Counted from the first letter of the stretch, positions 1-9,212 are shown. The stretch is DNA of 32,000 bases from Bdellovibrionales bacterium (GCA_965247685.1 OZ252021.1:930001-962000); one strand, 5' to 3'. The notes: a model not told the origin generated them from the sequence alone. A program made the numbers and translations.

Positions 1-1175
1 GAGCTCCTTTAGTGAACTATCAGACTTGGTATCGAGTGGGTGGACAAGATGATCCAAAAGGGCAAACTGGTATAGCCCATTTGTTTGAGCATTTGACTTT
101 TCGTGAAACCAGTAAGAGGGACGGCAAAGATTTTTTAAAAGAAGTTGAGTCTAAAGGGATTGGCTACAACGCTTATACTTCTTTTGATGAAACAGTTTAT
201 TATTTTAATCTCCCTCCTCTAGAACTGGAATTTATTGCTGAGTTAGAGTCTGAACGTATGGTGGATATTGTGATTAATCAGAAAAACTTAAAACTCGAAC
301 AAGAGATTGTAAAAGAAGAACGGCTCTTGCGAGTTGAGAATAGACCTCAAAATATTTGGATCGATTTATTTGAGATGATATTCATGAAAAGTCAGTATCG
401 CCAGCCTGTGATTGGGTATAAAAAAGATATTGATAGTATAACAGTCCAAAATTGTTTAGACTTTTACAATACATTTTATTCTCCTAATAATGCGATACTC
501 GTGATTACAGGTCCGATCGATATTTCCAATACGAAAAAAATTGTTGAAAAATATTATGGTCATTTGAAACCAGCTCAACTGCCTGCAAAAAACTATCCTG
601 TGGAACCTCAGCAAAAAAAGACTCGGTTTGAAAAACTTGTTCGATCGGTTCAAACACCATCTTTAGCTATAGCTTATCCAACAGTTCCTGTGGATTCAGT
701 GGATAATTATGCTTTAGATATATTAAATTTTATCTTAGGAGGAGGGCAAGCGAGTCGATTGCATCAACTTCTTGTCGAGAGCAAGCTAGCTCTTTCTGTT
801 TCATCTTTTTCGTCTCCTATGGAGAATGCGGGCGTGATGATTGTTTCTACAAATCTTCATCCTCAAATTTCTTTAAATAAGGTTCAGGAAATTATTTTGA
901 ATGAGATTCAAAAAATAAGAACACATAATATTTCCGAAGAAGAGCTTGCTCGTGCGCGAACCAATATTATTAAGTTTCATGTGGATTCTTTAAAGACGGC
1001 TGAGGGTAAGGGTTCGCTGCTTGGTTCTTATGAAAGATCTTATGGTCGCTATGATCGTTTGTTCCAAGAGCTGGAATATTACAGCAAAGTCAAGCGGAGT
1101 GATATTCAAAGAGTGGCTCAAAAGTATCTCAGCTCCCATCAACAAAATATTATACAGTTGGACACAAGAAAATGA
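1..1175 (+). CDS. M16 (pitrilysin/insulinase) family zinc metallopeptidase, catalytic-type subunit; 5' end truncated by the window edge
   Basis: The frame is open back to the window start (the GTG at 12 is unlikely to be the true start). The inverted zinc-binding motif HxxEH is present as GIAHLFEHLTF. The stop overlaps the next gene's start (ATGA at 1172-1175). Confidence 0.85.
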   Translation, partial: APLVNYQTWYRVGGQDDPKGQTGIAHLFEHLTFRETSKRDGKDFLKEVESKGIGYNAYTSFDETVYYFNLPPLELEFIAELESERMVDIVINQKNLKLEQEIVKEERLLRVENRPQNIWIDLFEMIFMKSQYRQPVIGYKKDIDSITVQNCLDFYNTFYSPNNAILVITGPIDISNTKKIVEKYYGHLKPAQLPAKNYPVEPQQKKTRFEKLVRSVQTPSLAIAYPTVPVDSVDNYALDILNFILGGGQASRLHQLLVESKLALSVSSFSSPMENAGVMIVSTNLHPQISLNKVQEIILNEIQKIRTHNISEEELARARTNIIKFHVDSLKTAEGKGSLLGSYERSYGRYDRLFQELEYYSKVKRSDIQRVAQKYLSSHQQNIIQLDTRK

Positions 1176-2593
1176 TTCAAGAAATCAGAAATATCCTTTA
1201 TTGTATTTTATGTATGATGATTGCACCTTCGGCATTTGCTTTTAAAGAAAAACCTAAGAAGTTCACCTTATCCAATGGTTTGAAGGTATATTTGCTTTAC
1301 GACGAGAGCCTTCCATACTTCGGGTTAGAGTTGTTAACTCCTATAGGAAGTATTAAAGATCCTCGATCGAAAGGAGGTTTATCTTATGTTTTATCTGAGT
1401 CTATTTCAAGAGGAACGGCTTCTCGATCAGCACAGGATATTTCTAAAGAGTTAGAACAATTAGGTTCTCAGTTCTTTTCTATGACATCAAAAGATTATAC
1501 CATTTTTTCAGCTGAGACTTTATCGTGGAATACAGAAAAATTGCTCAGTATTTTTAGTGATATTCTTCTTCAGCCTCAATTTGATCCTAAAGAAATTGAA
1601 TTTATTAAAAATCAAACTTTATCTCTCATTGAAAAACAACCGGAATCTTCTTCTGTTTTTGCAAATAATATTATGACTCAGATTCTTTTTGAAAACTCTC
1701 CTTATGAGCATAGTTTTTTTGGTCATAAAAAATCGATAAAAAACATTCAGGCTTCGGATGTTCGAGAGCATTACAAAAAACACTTTCAACCTCAAAATTC
1801 TGTTTTAGGTGTGACTGGTCGTTATCCGAAGGATATTAAGAAAAAGTTGGAAAAGTTTTTAGGAGCGTGGACTTCTGAGGCCCAAAATAAAAAATGGTTT
1901 TTTGAAAAATGGTTCAGGGGTACACCGGATATTTTAGTGCCAGTATCCACCCAGCAGCAGTGGACTCAGGGGAAATATATGATTGTTCATCGTGATAAGC
2001 AGGTTCAATCTGATATTCGTATTGGTTTCACAAGTATTCCTCGTTTTTCCAAAGATTTTTTAGCCTTTCAAGTGGCTAATATTGTGCTGGGCGGAGGAAT
2101 GTTTAGTGCTCGGCTGATGGACGAGATTCGAGAGAATTTAGGCTATACTTATACTATTCGCTCTTCGCTGAGTCCTTTGAGGCAAGCTGGGTTATTTAGT
2201 ATTGCTACTCCTACAAGGTTGGATGTGACTCGAAAAGCTGTGGATCGAATTCAAGAGTTGTTAAAGGATTTTCATGAAAAGGGTATCACAGAAGAGGAAA
2301 TGATGAATGCAAAAGAATATTACCGTGTGAGTTTAATGAAAGCTTTAGAGATGCCGGAGAATCGTTTATCCAGAAGAATGAGATTAGAATATATGGGAGT
2401 CTCTTATGATTTTGATCACCTTCAAAGGAGATTAAGCCAGATTTCTTTAAATCGAATTCAGAAAGTTATTCGAAAATATTTTATACCTTCTGGGCTGACT
2501 ATTATTGTTCTTTCGGACTATAAGAAGATTCAGTCTCAGTTTAAAGATATAGAAAAAGAAGTTACGATCAAAAAATTCGATCAATTCTTATAA
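1172..2593 (+). CDS. M16 family peptidase-like protein, non-catalytic-type partner subunit with signal peptide
   Basis: 473-aa ORF translationally coupled to the upstream M16 gene. N-terminal hydrophobic leader (ILCMMIAPSAFA). The position equivalent to HxxEH reads LSYVLSES, so the zinc ligands are absent. This is the typical active/inactive M16 pair layout. Confidence 0.75.
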   Translation: MIQEIRNILYCILCMMIAPSAFAFKEKPKKFTLSNGLKVYLLYDESLPYFGLELLTPIGSIKDPRSKGGLSYVLSESISRGTASRSAQDISKELEQLGSQFFSMTSKDYTIFSAETLSWNTEKLLSIFSDILLQPQFDPKEIEFIKNQTLSLIEKQPESSSVFANNIMTQILFENSPYEHSFFGHKKSIKNIQASDVREHYKKHFQPQNSVLGVTGRYPKDIKKKLEKFLGAWTSEAQNKKWFFEKWFRGTPDILVPVSTQQQWTQGKYMIVHRDKQVQSDIRIGFTSIPRFSKDFLAFQVANIVLGGGMFSARLMDEIRENLGYTYTIRSSLSPLRQAGLFSIATPTRLDVTRKAVDRIQELLKDFHEKGITEEEMMNAKEYYRVSLMKALEMPENRLSRRMRLEYMGVSYDFDHLQRRLSQISLNRIQKVIRKYFIPSGLTIIVLSDYKKIQSQFKDIEKEVTIKKFDQFL

Positions 2594-2597
2594 ATTT

Positions 2598-4046
2598 TTA
2601 CTTTTTGATTGTGATTTTTTCTAGGTTGTATCGACCAGGCTGATCAAACCGCAGCACTTGTAAAATATTAATCTTTCCAGACTTAATTCTGCTGATAACG
2701 TCATTTGTTGTTTGCACATTTTTATGGTTCACACTAAAAACAATATCTCCCTTAAGAAGTCCTGCTCTTTGTGCCGGTGAAGATTTTTTCACATTCACCA
2801 CAATAGGTCTATTTGTGTACACAACAGGCAAGCCAAACTTTCGAGCGACGATAGAATTGGCCTGTGCAATACTAAATCCTAGATCATAAGGAGCTTCAGG
2901 TAATTGTTGAGAGCGTCGAGAGAGGCTTGCAGAAGCAGGGGCATCAGGACGAGGTCTTTCTTTGAGTACAACATTGAGTGTTTTAATATTTTGATCTCTA
3001 AACACTTTTACCTTCACTTTTTCATTCACAGGAATAGAAGAAACAATTTGTGTGAGGTCTCGACTGGAAGTCATTGGTGTGCCATTAAATTTTGTGATAA
3101 TATCGTAGGGTCGAATTCCTCCTCGATCAGCAGGAGAGTTTTTAACTACACTTTCAATGAGAACTCCTTTATGGGAAGCTCCTTTATAATCAAACTCCAC
3201 AGTGTTGATGTTCATCTTAACTCCTAAAAAACCTCTTTTAACATAACCGTGTGCTTTCAGACTTTTTAGAATAGAGCGCACATTAAATATAGGAATGGCG
3301 AATCCAATATTTTGGGCTCTCGGATTAATAGCAGTATTCACTCCAATCACTTGACCTTTTGTATTAACTAAAGGTCCTCCTGAATTTCCAGGATTAATAC
3401 TTGCATCTGTTTGCAAAAAAGGAAGTAAATTCAATTCATCAATATGGCGATCGATAGCTGAAATAATTCCTTTGGTCACGGTATTGGAATGACCAAAAGG
3501 GTTTCCAAAAGCAACCACCCACTCTCCCACTTGAAGTTTGTTGCTATCTCCAAGTTCGGCTACTACAAAGGATTTTCGAGTTCGACTGTCTTTTGCACTG
3601 ATTTTAATTAAGGCAATATCGGTCTGCCTGTCTTTACCAACCACTTTCGCTTTATAGACAGTGGGATCGTCTTTGATATTCACATTGATAGTGTCTGCTT
3701 TATCAATCACATGGAAGTTAGTCACAATTAGACCATTTTTTTCAATAATAAAGCCGGAGCCTAGCGAGTGAGCTTGTGGAATTGAGTTACCTTGAGGTCG
3801 AGGAATAGAGAATGGATCAAATAAATCTAATGGATTATAAAGAAAAGAGGAGCGAGAAGATTGGTTTACTGTAGTGGAGATGTTCACAACAGCAGGTTGA
3901 ATTTTTTTTCCAATTTGAATAAAAAGATCAGCAGGAAGAGATTGTCCTGGCTCTATCTTTGGGATAGTAACATTGTTTTCTTGAGCTAAAATTTTCCAAG
4001 CTGAAGAGCTTATCATCAGAAAGAAAATACAATAAAATAGTCTCAT
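2598..4046 (-). CDS. htrA: HtrA/DegP/DegQ-family periplasmic serine endoprotease with two PDZ domains
   Basis: Signal peptide MRLFYCIFFLMISSSAWKILAQ. Catalytic triad contexts are TNFHVI (His), DIALIK (Asp) and GNSGGPLVN (Ser). About 200 aa of C-terminal PDZ-like sequence in two modules. Confidence 0.9.
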   Translation of the reverse strand: MRLFYCIFFLMISSSAWKILAQENNVTIPKIEPGQSLPADLFIQIGKKIQPAVVNISTTVNQSSRSSFLYNPLDLFDPFSIPRPQGNSIPQAHSLGSGFIIEKNGLIVTNFHVIDKADTINVNIKDDPTVYKAKVVGKDRQTDIALIKISAKDSRTRKSFVVAELGDSNKLQVGEWVVAFGNPFGHSNTVTKGIISAIDRHIDELNLLPFLQTDASINPGNSGGPLVNTKGQVIGVNTAINPRAQNIGFAIPIFNVRSILKSLKAHGYVKRGFLGVKMNINTVEFDYKGASHKGVLIESVVKNSPADRGGIRPYDIITKFNGTPMTSSRDLTQIVSSIPVNEKVKVKVFRDQNIKTLNVVLKERPRPDAPASASLSRRSQQLPEAPYDLGFSIAQANSIVARKFGLPVVYTNRPIVVNVKKSSPAQRAGLLKGDIVFSVNHKNVQTTNDVISRIKSGKINILQVLRFDQPGRYNLEKITIKK

Positions 4047-4088
4047 ATTTGGTCCTCAGAAAAAGACTATATCATGAATCATGGCAAC

Positions 4089-4117
4089 TTGAAAAGTCCT
4101 TAAAATAATTTTAAAAT
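4089..4117 (+). promoter_or_regulatory. Candidate sigma70-type promoter (TTGAAA-N17-TAAAAT) facing the TadE-like gene pair
   Basis: TTGAAA at 4089-4094, a 17-nt spacer, and TAAAAT at 4112-4117, in the htrA/tadE-like divergent intergenic region. Such matches are frequent by chance in AT-rich DNA. Confidence 0.25.
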
Positions 4118-4277
4118 TTAAGGCTCAATTTTTTCACCTTTCGGAAGGAACTGGCAGGTTCATTAAGGATTCTCAAAATAACTTTCTTTTGCTGTGAATA
4201 AGGCTAGTGTGAGTCAAAAATCTTGCTGAAAAGGAATTTTCATTTTATAATGAAGCTTGTACGTCAAGGGGTGTCTC

Positions 4278-4838
4278 GTGTTTCAGTCCTATTGGAAAAA
4301 AAGAGGGAGTCTATCTGTCGACTTTATGTTCGGTGTTTCTACTTTATGTATTGCTTTTCTCTTTATTATATTTACAGGGCTCAGTCTAGTTTATGCTGAA
4401 ATGTCTCAGTATGCGACTTATGCATCTGCCCGCACATATTTTGCCTCTCATAAAGAAAACTCATCTCGTGATAGAACTTTGAATAAATATAACGAATTGA
4501 GAGATATTTTTGATAAAACAAATTGGTTTAATATTGGAATTAACGGCAATCCCCTCTCCCCAGATATTTTTATTACTCCCAGTCCTCCTCATAATATGCC
4601 TTTGAGAGGTACTCCGAAAAAAGCGGTTTTTGGAATTTATACAGAATACACCTCTCAAGTATTTGGCATGAAGATTCCTTTTTTGAAAGATAGCAGTAAT
4701 CCTATGTTTTTCCCTACAGCGACTATTCTAGGTAAAGAGTCGGATCAAAACCATTGTGTGAGTTTTACTCTAAACTTACAAGCAGGATTAAGAGCTGTTA
4801 GTGTAATAAACCAGTCTTTTTTTAGAGGTGGATTCTAG
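4278..4838 (+). CDS. TadE-like (Flp-pilus pseudopilin-type) protein
   Basis: The N-terminus KKRG/SLSVDF followed by a hydrophobic helix (GVSTLCIAFLFIIFTGLSLVYA) resembles the TadE/TadF G/XXXXEF prepilin-peptidase motif, with D in place of E at +5. I prefer the GTG at 4278 because AAGGGG (4266-4271) lies 6 nt upstream. The ORF track's TTG at 4257 is an alternative start. Confidence 0.6.
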   Translation: MFQSYWKKRGSLSVDFMFGVSTLCIAFLFIIFTGLSLVYAEMSQYATYASARTYFASHKENSSRDRTLNKYNELRDIFDKTNWFNIGINGNPLSPDIFITPSPPHNMPLRGTPKKAVFGIYTEYTSQVFGMKIPFLKDSSNPMFFPTATILGKESDQNHCVSFTLNLQAGLRAVSVINQSFFRGGF

Positions 4839-4841
4839 AGT

Positions 4842-5381
4842 ATGAGAAATAGATATCAACGAGGTGTAGCGATTTTTGAGTTTGCTTTTTTACTTTTTAT
4901 TCTCTTGTTCGCCTTTGTACTCATATTAGGATCTTGGGGAATCACTCGTCCAGCCATTTTACACTCTATAGCGGCTCGTACTTATCTTTGGTACGAAGTG
5001 AATCAAAGAGACAATATGATTTTTCTTAGAGATAGAGAGAAAACTGAAGTCGAAAAATTTGCTTATTGGAGTTTAGGCTCTCGTGTTTACAGGATTGTTA
5101 AGCCTAATTCCCATAAAGTATTCATCCCACCTAAGAGAAAAATGGATTTAGGCGGGCGAGATTGGTCGGATATAGATTCTCCGGGCTGGCTTGGCCTTGA
5201 TCCTGACCCTAACAATGAGGAAAGAGGAAATTTAAACAATCTTCCAAGTGAGCTGGCAATCAAGACTGGGAACTTAGATCAAGGTCCTTTTGAAAGAAAT
5301 CAAAGCTATAAAGCGAGTGTTGTCTTTTTACGTATGAGTTATGGTATCTGTGTGAATTCTGAATGCCAAGTAGCACCTTAA
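4842..5381 (+). CDS. TadE-like (Flp-pilus pseudopilin-type) protein
   Basis: The N-terminus MRNRYQRG/VAIFEFAFLLFILLFAFVLILG matches G/XXXXEF exactly (E at +5 after the Gly), followed by a hydrophobic helix. It lies 3 nt after the preceding TadE-like gene. Confidence 0.7.
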   Translation: MRNRYQRGVAIFEFAFLLFILLFAFVLILGSWGITRPAILHSIAARTYLWYEVNQRDNMIFLRDREKTEVEKFAYWSLGSRVYRIVKPNSHKVFIPPKRKMDLGGRDWSDIDSPGWLGLDPDPNNEERGNLNNLPSELAIKTGNLDQGPFERNQSYKASVVFLRMSYGICVNSECQVAP

Positions 5382-5395
5382 ATAAAGATTTTATT

Positions 5396-5692
5396 TTAAG
5401 ATTGTTTTTGAGCTTCTATAAAGGCCAATTTGAGATCTTGGGTGCATTTATTAATCAATTCTGTTTCATCGGCTGTGCGATGACTTTCTGTTTTATTTTT
5501 TAGTACATCCAATAGATCAATATTAAACTGTACAAGTTTTAAATTCTTCTTTTCTTTCATCTGAGGTTCTAAACCCATGTAGACCAAAGCAGTAGATGAA
5601 ATGGATAAAACCAAAGTAGATAAGCTGGCTTGCTCTAAATGTTTTGACAGTTCTTCATTTTGTTTTTTTAAATTTTGATCATCTTGATTCAT
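5396..5692 (-). CDS. DUF1844-family small protein
   Basis: 98 aa. The core LSTLVLSISSTALVYMGLEP...NLKLVQFNIDLLDVLKNKTESH...DLKLAFIEA follows the DUF1844 pattern as I remember it (FxxLVLSLxxSALxxLGxxP...AKQxIDLLxxLxxKTxGNL...DLRxxYVE). The family assignment is from memory. Confidence 0.55.
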   Translation of the reverse strand: MNQDDQNLKKQNEELSKHLEQASLSTLVLSISSTALVYMGLEPQMKEKKNLKLVQFNIDLLDVLKNKTESHRTADETELINKCTQDLKLAFIEAQKQS

Positions 5693-5717
5693 TTTAAGTC
5701 TCCTCTGAAAGATAACT

Positions 5718-6536
5718 TTATATGGGAAAAGATTCTCCTATATGGCGGGTTCTTTCTTCTATATTCGGGTGAATACTCAGATAAAAATGGGAATGAGTCA
5801 AGATATTAATAGGGAATAAAGGAGAGAAACAAAGATTTTTATTCCAATGTTGAAGTTCACAGGCATATTGTATTTTCCACAGTCCTTCGGCATATATTTT
5901 TCGATTTGTAAAATGCTTGAAACCTTCTTGATCCATTTTATAAAAATGTTTTCTCACAAAATATATAAAAGGCGAAGTAAAGATAAAAAACAAAAAAGAA
6001 TAACAAATTCGAAACACTTTCCATTTTGATTTTTGAGAAAGTTTTTCTAAAAGGAAGAAAGGGGATAACAGGAGAAAAAAAAGATAAGACCAGTAAGTTG
6101 CTTTTTGAGCGTCACCTGTCTTAAAATAAGACATTAAAAAAATAAACCACTGTTTTCTTTCTTTATTTTGAAATTTTTTTAAGAATGTTGAGCTTAATAA
6201 AATCTGTTGTTGCCCTAAGAAATGATAAGTGACGAAAAAGGGCAAGTTATGGGAGATGATTTTTATTTTGATCTGGCTTAGATATTGATCTTTTAAAGGT
6301 TTTAAGTGCCAAGGATCATAGCCTTTAATTTCTAGCCCATTGAAAGACCTATGAAAAGAGTAGGAAAACGTAAAAAAGAAAAAAGTAATGAAAATTACAG
6401 TGAGCATAAGGCTTTGCAGCCATAACACAGGGCTAAGGAAATAAAAAAGAAGGGGGAAAACAATGCAAAAATGGCAACACAGAAAAACAAGACCGTATTT
6501 TTTATTCCAAAACCTTATTTTTTCCAATTGATTCAT
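5718..6536 (-). CDS. Polytopic membrane protein, probable catalytically inactive M48 (HtpX-like) peptidase homolog
   Basis: Several hydrophobic segments. SSTFLKKFQNKERKQWFIFLMSYFKTGD lines up with the HtpX segment [29 protein letters not shown], but HExxH is replaced by FLMSY. The C-terminal SIHPNIEERTRHI resembles the M48 THPPLxxRI tail. Confidence 0.45.
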   Translation of the reverse strand: MNQLEKIRFWNKKYGLVFLCCHFCIVFPLLFYFLSPVLWLQSLMLTVIFITFFFFTFSYSFHRSFNGLEIKGYDPWHLKPLKDQYLSQIKIKIISHNLPFFVTYHFLGQQQILLSSTFLKKFQNKERKQWFIFLMSYFKTGDAQKATYWSYLFFLLLSPFFLLEKLSQKSKWKVFRICYSFLFFIFTSPFIYFVRKHFYKMDQEGFKHFTNRKIYAEGLWKIQYACELQHWNKNLCFSPLFPINILTHSHFYLSIHPNIEERTRHIGESFPI

Positions 6537-6577
6537 AGGCCTTTTCTTTTTAATATAAACCTTTATTAGAGGTCTTT

Positions 6578-7552
6578 ATGTCTTCAATACAATCCATTGG
6601 GTCTGATTTCAAGCGTCTTTCTTTGTGCATGGAAGAAGTGCGTAAGGTGATTGTGGGCCAAGATGAAATGATAGAGTCTATTTTTATCGGTCTTCTAACA
6701 GAGGGGCATATTCTCATTGAAGGGCTGCCGGGTTTGGCTAAAACTCTCACCGTTTCTTCTACGGCTCAAGCTTTAAATCTTAAGTTTCAAAGAGTGCAGT
6801 TCACTCCTGATTTACTTCCTACAGATATTATCGGAACCATGATTTATAATTCTTCCATTCATGAGTTTAGTGTCAAAAAGGGTCCTGTCTTTACTCATAT
6901 TTTATTGGCGGATGAGGTGAACCGAGCTCCTGCCAAAGTGCAAAGCGCTCTTTTAGAAGCTATGGGAGAAAAACAAGTCACTATTGCAGAAAAAACTTAC
7001 GAGCTTGAAAAACCTTTCTTGGTTTTAGCCACACAAAACTCTTTGGAGCATGAAGGAACTTATCCTTTACCTGAAGCACAGTTGGATCGGTTTTTATTTA
7101 AAATTTTAGTGACCTATCCGACACGCAAAGAAGAAGAAGAAATTTTTAAGAGAATGTCTATGGAGTCCACCTATCAAATTGTACCTCAACTCACATCTGA
7201 AGATATTTTATCTTTTCAATCTCAGTTGCAGCACATCTATTTGGATGAGAAAATTATGAATTATGTGATTGATATTGTTATGGCTTCTAGAAATCCTGAA
7301 GAGTACGGGTTGTTGGAGTTAAAAGAATGGGTGCAAGTGGGAGCTTCTCCTCGCGCAACAGTGAACTTTCCCAAGGCGTGCCGAGCAAGAGCCTTTCTTA
7401 GGGATAAAAAATTTGTGACTGCTGAAGATGTGAAGGCGGTAGCCTATCCTTTATTGAGACATCGGCTTATACTGACTTACGAAGCCCAAGCTGAAAATCT
7501 TCAGCCTGACGATATTATTGAGATGATTTTAAGAAAGGTGCCTGTGCCTTGA
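6578..7552 (+). CDS. moxR: MoxR-family AAA+ ATPase
   Basis: Walker A GLPGLAKT, Walker B LLADEVNRAPAKVQSALLEAM, and the GASPRA motif typical of MoxR. About 324 aa. Directly followed by a DUF58 gene. Confidence 0.9.
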   Translation: MSSIQSIGSDFKRLSLCMEEVRKVIVGQDEMIESIFIGLLTEGHILIEGLPGLAKTLTVSSTAQALNLKFQRVQFTPDLLPTDIIGTMIYNSSIHEFSVKKGPVFTHILLADEVNRAPAKVQSALLEAMGEKQVTIAEKTYELEKPFLVLATQNSLEHEGTYPLPEAQLDRFLFKILVTYPTRKEEEEIFKRMSMESTYQIVPQLTSEDILSFQSQLQHIYLDEKIMNYVIDIVMASRNPEEYGLLELKEWVQVGASPRATVNFPKACRARAFLRDKKFVTAEDVKAVAYPLLRHRLILTYEAQAENLQPDDIIEMILRKVPVP

Positions 7553-8427
7553 GCTCTCAGCTTTTAAAGACCGTCCTGAAGATTCATTTTCTTATGACGA
7601 GAAAATCTCAAAGGGCATTTTTAGGTTCTTATCGAAGTGTTTTTAAGGGATCGGGGCTGACTTTTTCTGACTTTCGAGAATATTCAGCAGGCGATGATGT
7701 GCGATCGGTTTCTTGGCCTTTAACGGCAAAGATGGGTAAACCTTATATTAAAGTTTTTGAGGAAGATCGTGGCAGTACTTTCGTTTTAATGGTGGATGTG
7801 AGCGCTTCTTCTTTTTTTGGTACAAAAAATCAAACTAAAAAAGATGTGATAGAGCAGCTCTCAGCTTTAATCGCTCTTTCAGCAGAGAAAAATCAAGATC
7901 AGCTCAGTGTGCTTTTATTTTCAAATCGAGTGGAAAAATACATTCCTCCTTCTAAAGGAAGAAACCACACTTTGAATGTGATTCAGCAAATATACAGTCA
8001 TCACCCCGCCTCTAAAAAGACTGATTTTAAAGAACCTTGTCAGCATTTAAGTCGTGTTTTAAAGAAAAGATGTTATATTTTTATTCTGAGTGATTTTATG
8101 GCTCATACTTCTCAGTCTTATCTGAGTCGTTTGAGTCATCGTCATGATGTCACAGGCATTATTGTTCAAGATCCTTTGGAAGAAAAACTCCCTCCTTGGG
8201 GGCTTGTGGACTTACAGGATATGGAGTCTGGAAAAACTCAAACAGTGGATGCTTCTGACTTTGTTTTTCGAAGGCTTTATAAAGAGAATCTGCAAAAAAG
8301 AAAGCAAGATAGAGAGAAAATGCTCAAGCAAGCTGGTATCGATTATTTTTATGTTTCAACACATCATGATATTTTTAAACCGTTTATTCAATTTATGCAA
8401 AAAAAATCAAAGATGAAAATATTTTAA
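7549..8427 (+). CDS. DUF58 family (vWA-fold) protein, MoxR partner
   Basis: FREYSAGDDVRSVSWPLTAKMGKPYIKVFEEDR matches the DUF58 signature (YxxGDxxRxIDWxxTAR). The TTG start overlaps the moxR stop (TTGA). The ATG at 7594 is an alternative start but would cut conserved N-terminal sequence. Confidence 0.8.
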   Translation: MSSQLLKTVLKIHFLMTRKSQRAFLGSYRSVFKGSGLTFSDFREYSAGDDVRSVSWPLTAKMGKPYIKVFEEDRGSTFVLMVDVSASSFFGTKNQTKKDVIEQLSALIALSAEKNQDQLSVLLFSNRVEKYIPPSKGRNHTLNVIQQIYSHHPASKKTDFKEPCQHLSRVLKKRCYIFILSDFMAHTSQSYLSRLSHRHDVTGIIVQDPLEEKLPPWGLVDLQDMESGKTQTVDASDFVFRRLYKENLQKRKQDREKMLKQAGIDYFYVSTHHDIFKPFIQFMQKKSKMKIF

Positions 8428-8429
8428 TT

Positions 8430-9212
8430 ATGAGTGTCTATTGTCAATTTAAAAATACTGCTCCTTTTACAGTGGGCTCCCTTCGAGAGTTGGTGTGCCG
8501 TGGTGATTTTTCTTCTTTAAAACTTCCAATTCAGTTTCAGTTTCAAAATAAAAAATATGCTTTGCATATTTTAGAGGTTAAATCTTTTCAACCTCATGAA
8601 TTAATTCTGACTGTGACTAGTTATCAAGTGGGTTCTTATAAATTGCTTCCTGTTCAAATCACAGATGGTCAAACCACTGCTTTTGTAGAACCTTTATCTT
8701 GGGAGGTTTTCTCCGTTATAAAAGATGAAAAGCAGGCTCCTCACCCTCCTTATGGACCATGGATTCCTTCCCTTCCTTCTTGGTATTTTGGAGCTTGGGG
8801 AATTTTATCTCTTTTTATTTTAGGTTTTGTTTTTATGCGTATTAAAAACTGGAGAAAAAAAGAACAAATGATCCGTAGGGTTCAAGAAAGACTGGGAGAT
8901 TTAACTCCTTTGCAGTATTTTATTAAACAGATGAGTTATTTTATTTCTTATCAAAAATCTTCAAGTTCCGTAAAAGAAGACTTGGGAAGGCTTAATCAGT
9001 GTCTTCGAGAGTTTTTAGAAAATTATCTTTATATTTCCACTGAGGATTCTTTAAAGAATGTGTTTAAAAATGAGAAAATAAAATCGGATCAAAAAATCAC
9101 TCAAATTCTTTTAGAGTTGCAAAAATCTCTGGATAACCGTTATTCTAAAGAGGATGTGGAGCAATTATTGGATATGGTGCGCTCTTGGGTTTTTAAAGAA
9201 GGTAAAAAATGA
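8430..9212 (+). CDS. Hypothetical single-pass membrane protein of the Bat/MoxR operon
   Basis: 260-aa ORF with one TM helix (WYFGAWGILSLFILGFVFM) followed by RIKNWRKK and a helical, charged C-terminal half. It occupies the slot of the small TM protein usually found between DUF58 and batA. The stop overlaps the next start (ATGA at 9209). Confidence 0.6.
   Translation: MSVYCQFKNTAPFTVGSLRELVCRGDFSSLKLPIQFQFQNKKYALHILEVKSFQPHELILTVTSYQVGSYKLLPVQITDGQTTAFVEPLSWEVFSVIKDEKQAPHPPYGPWIPSLPSWYFGAWGILSLFILGFVFMRIKNWRKKEQMIRRVQERLGDLTPLQYFIKQMSYFISYQKSSSSVKEDLGRLNQCLREFLENYLYISTEDSLKNVFKNEKIKSDQKITQILLELQKSLDNRYSKEDVEQLLDMVRSWVFKEGKK

Noticed and set aside
456-653. Short ORFs from the six-frame track that lie inside or antisense to long motif-bearing genes: 456-653(-), 1021-1245(+), 2904-3227(+), 4461-4658(-), 5847-6029(+), 6550-6750(-), 8144-8416(+), 9884-10177(-), 13564-13752(-), 13613-13882(+), 21353-21559(+), 22087-22272(-), 24936-25178(+), 27590-27787(-), 29951-30172(-), 30852-31169(-).
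   Set aside because: Each is fully overlapped by a longer ORF with clear family motifs or operon context. Their translations are low-complexity, Phe/Ile/Lys-rich sequences typical of off-frame reading of AT-rich DNA. None has a recognisable motif or RBS.
5380-5396. The inverted repeat AAATAAA-GAT-TTTATTT between the convergent tadE-like and DUF1844 genes, considered as a bidirectional terminator.
   Set aside because: The stem is purely A/T and only 7 bp, with negligible predicted stability. It overlaps the stop codon of the tadE-like gene and the first base of the DUF1844 stop codon. That is not enough to call a terminator.
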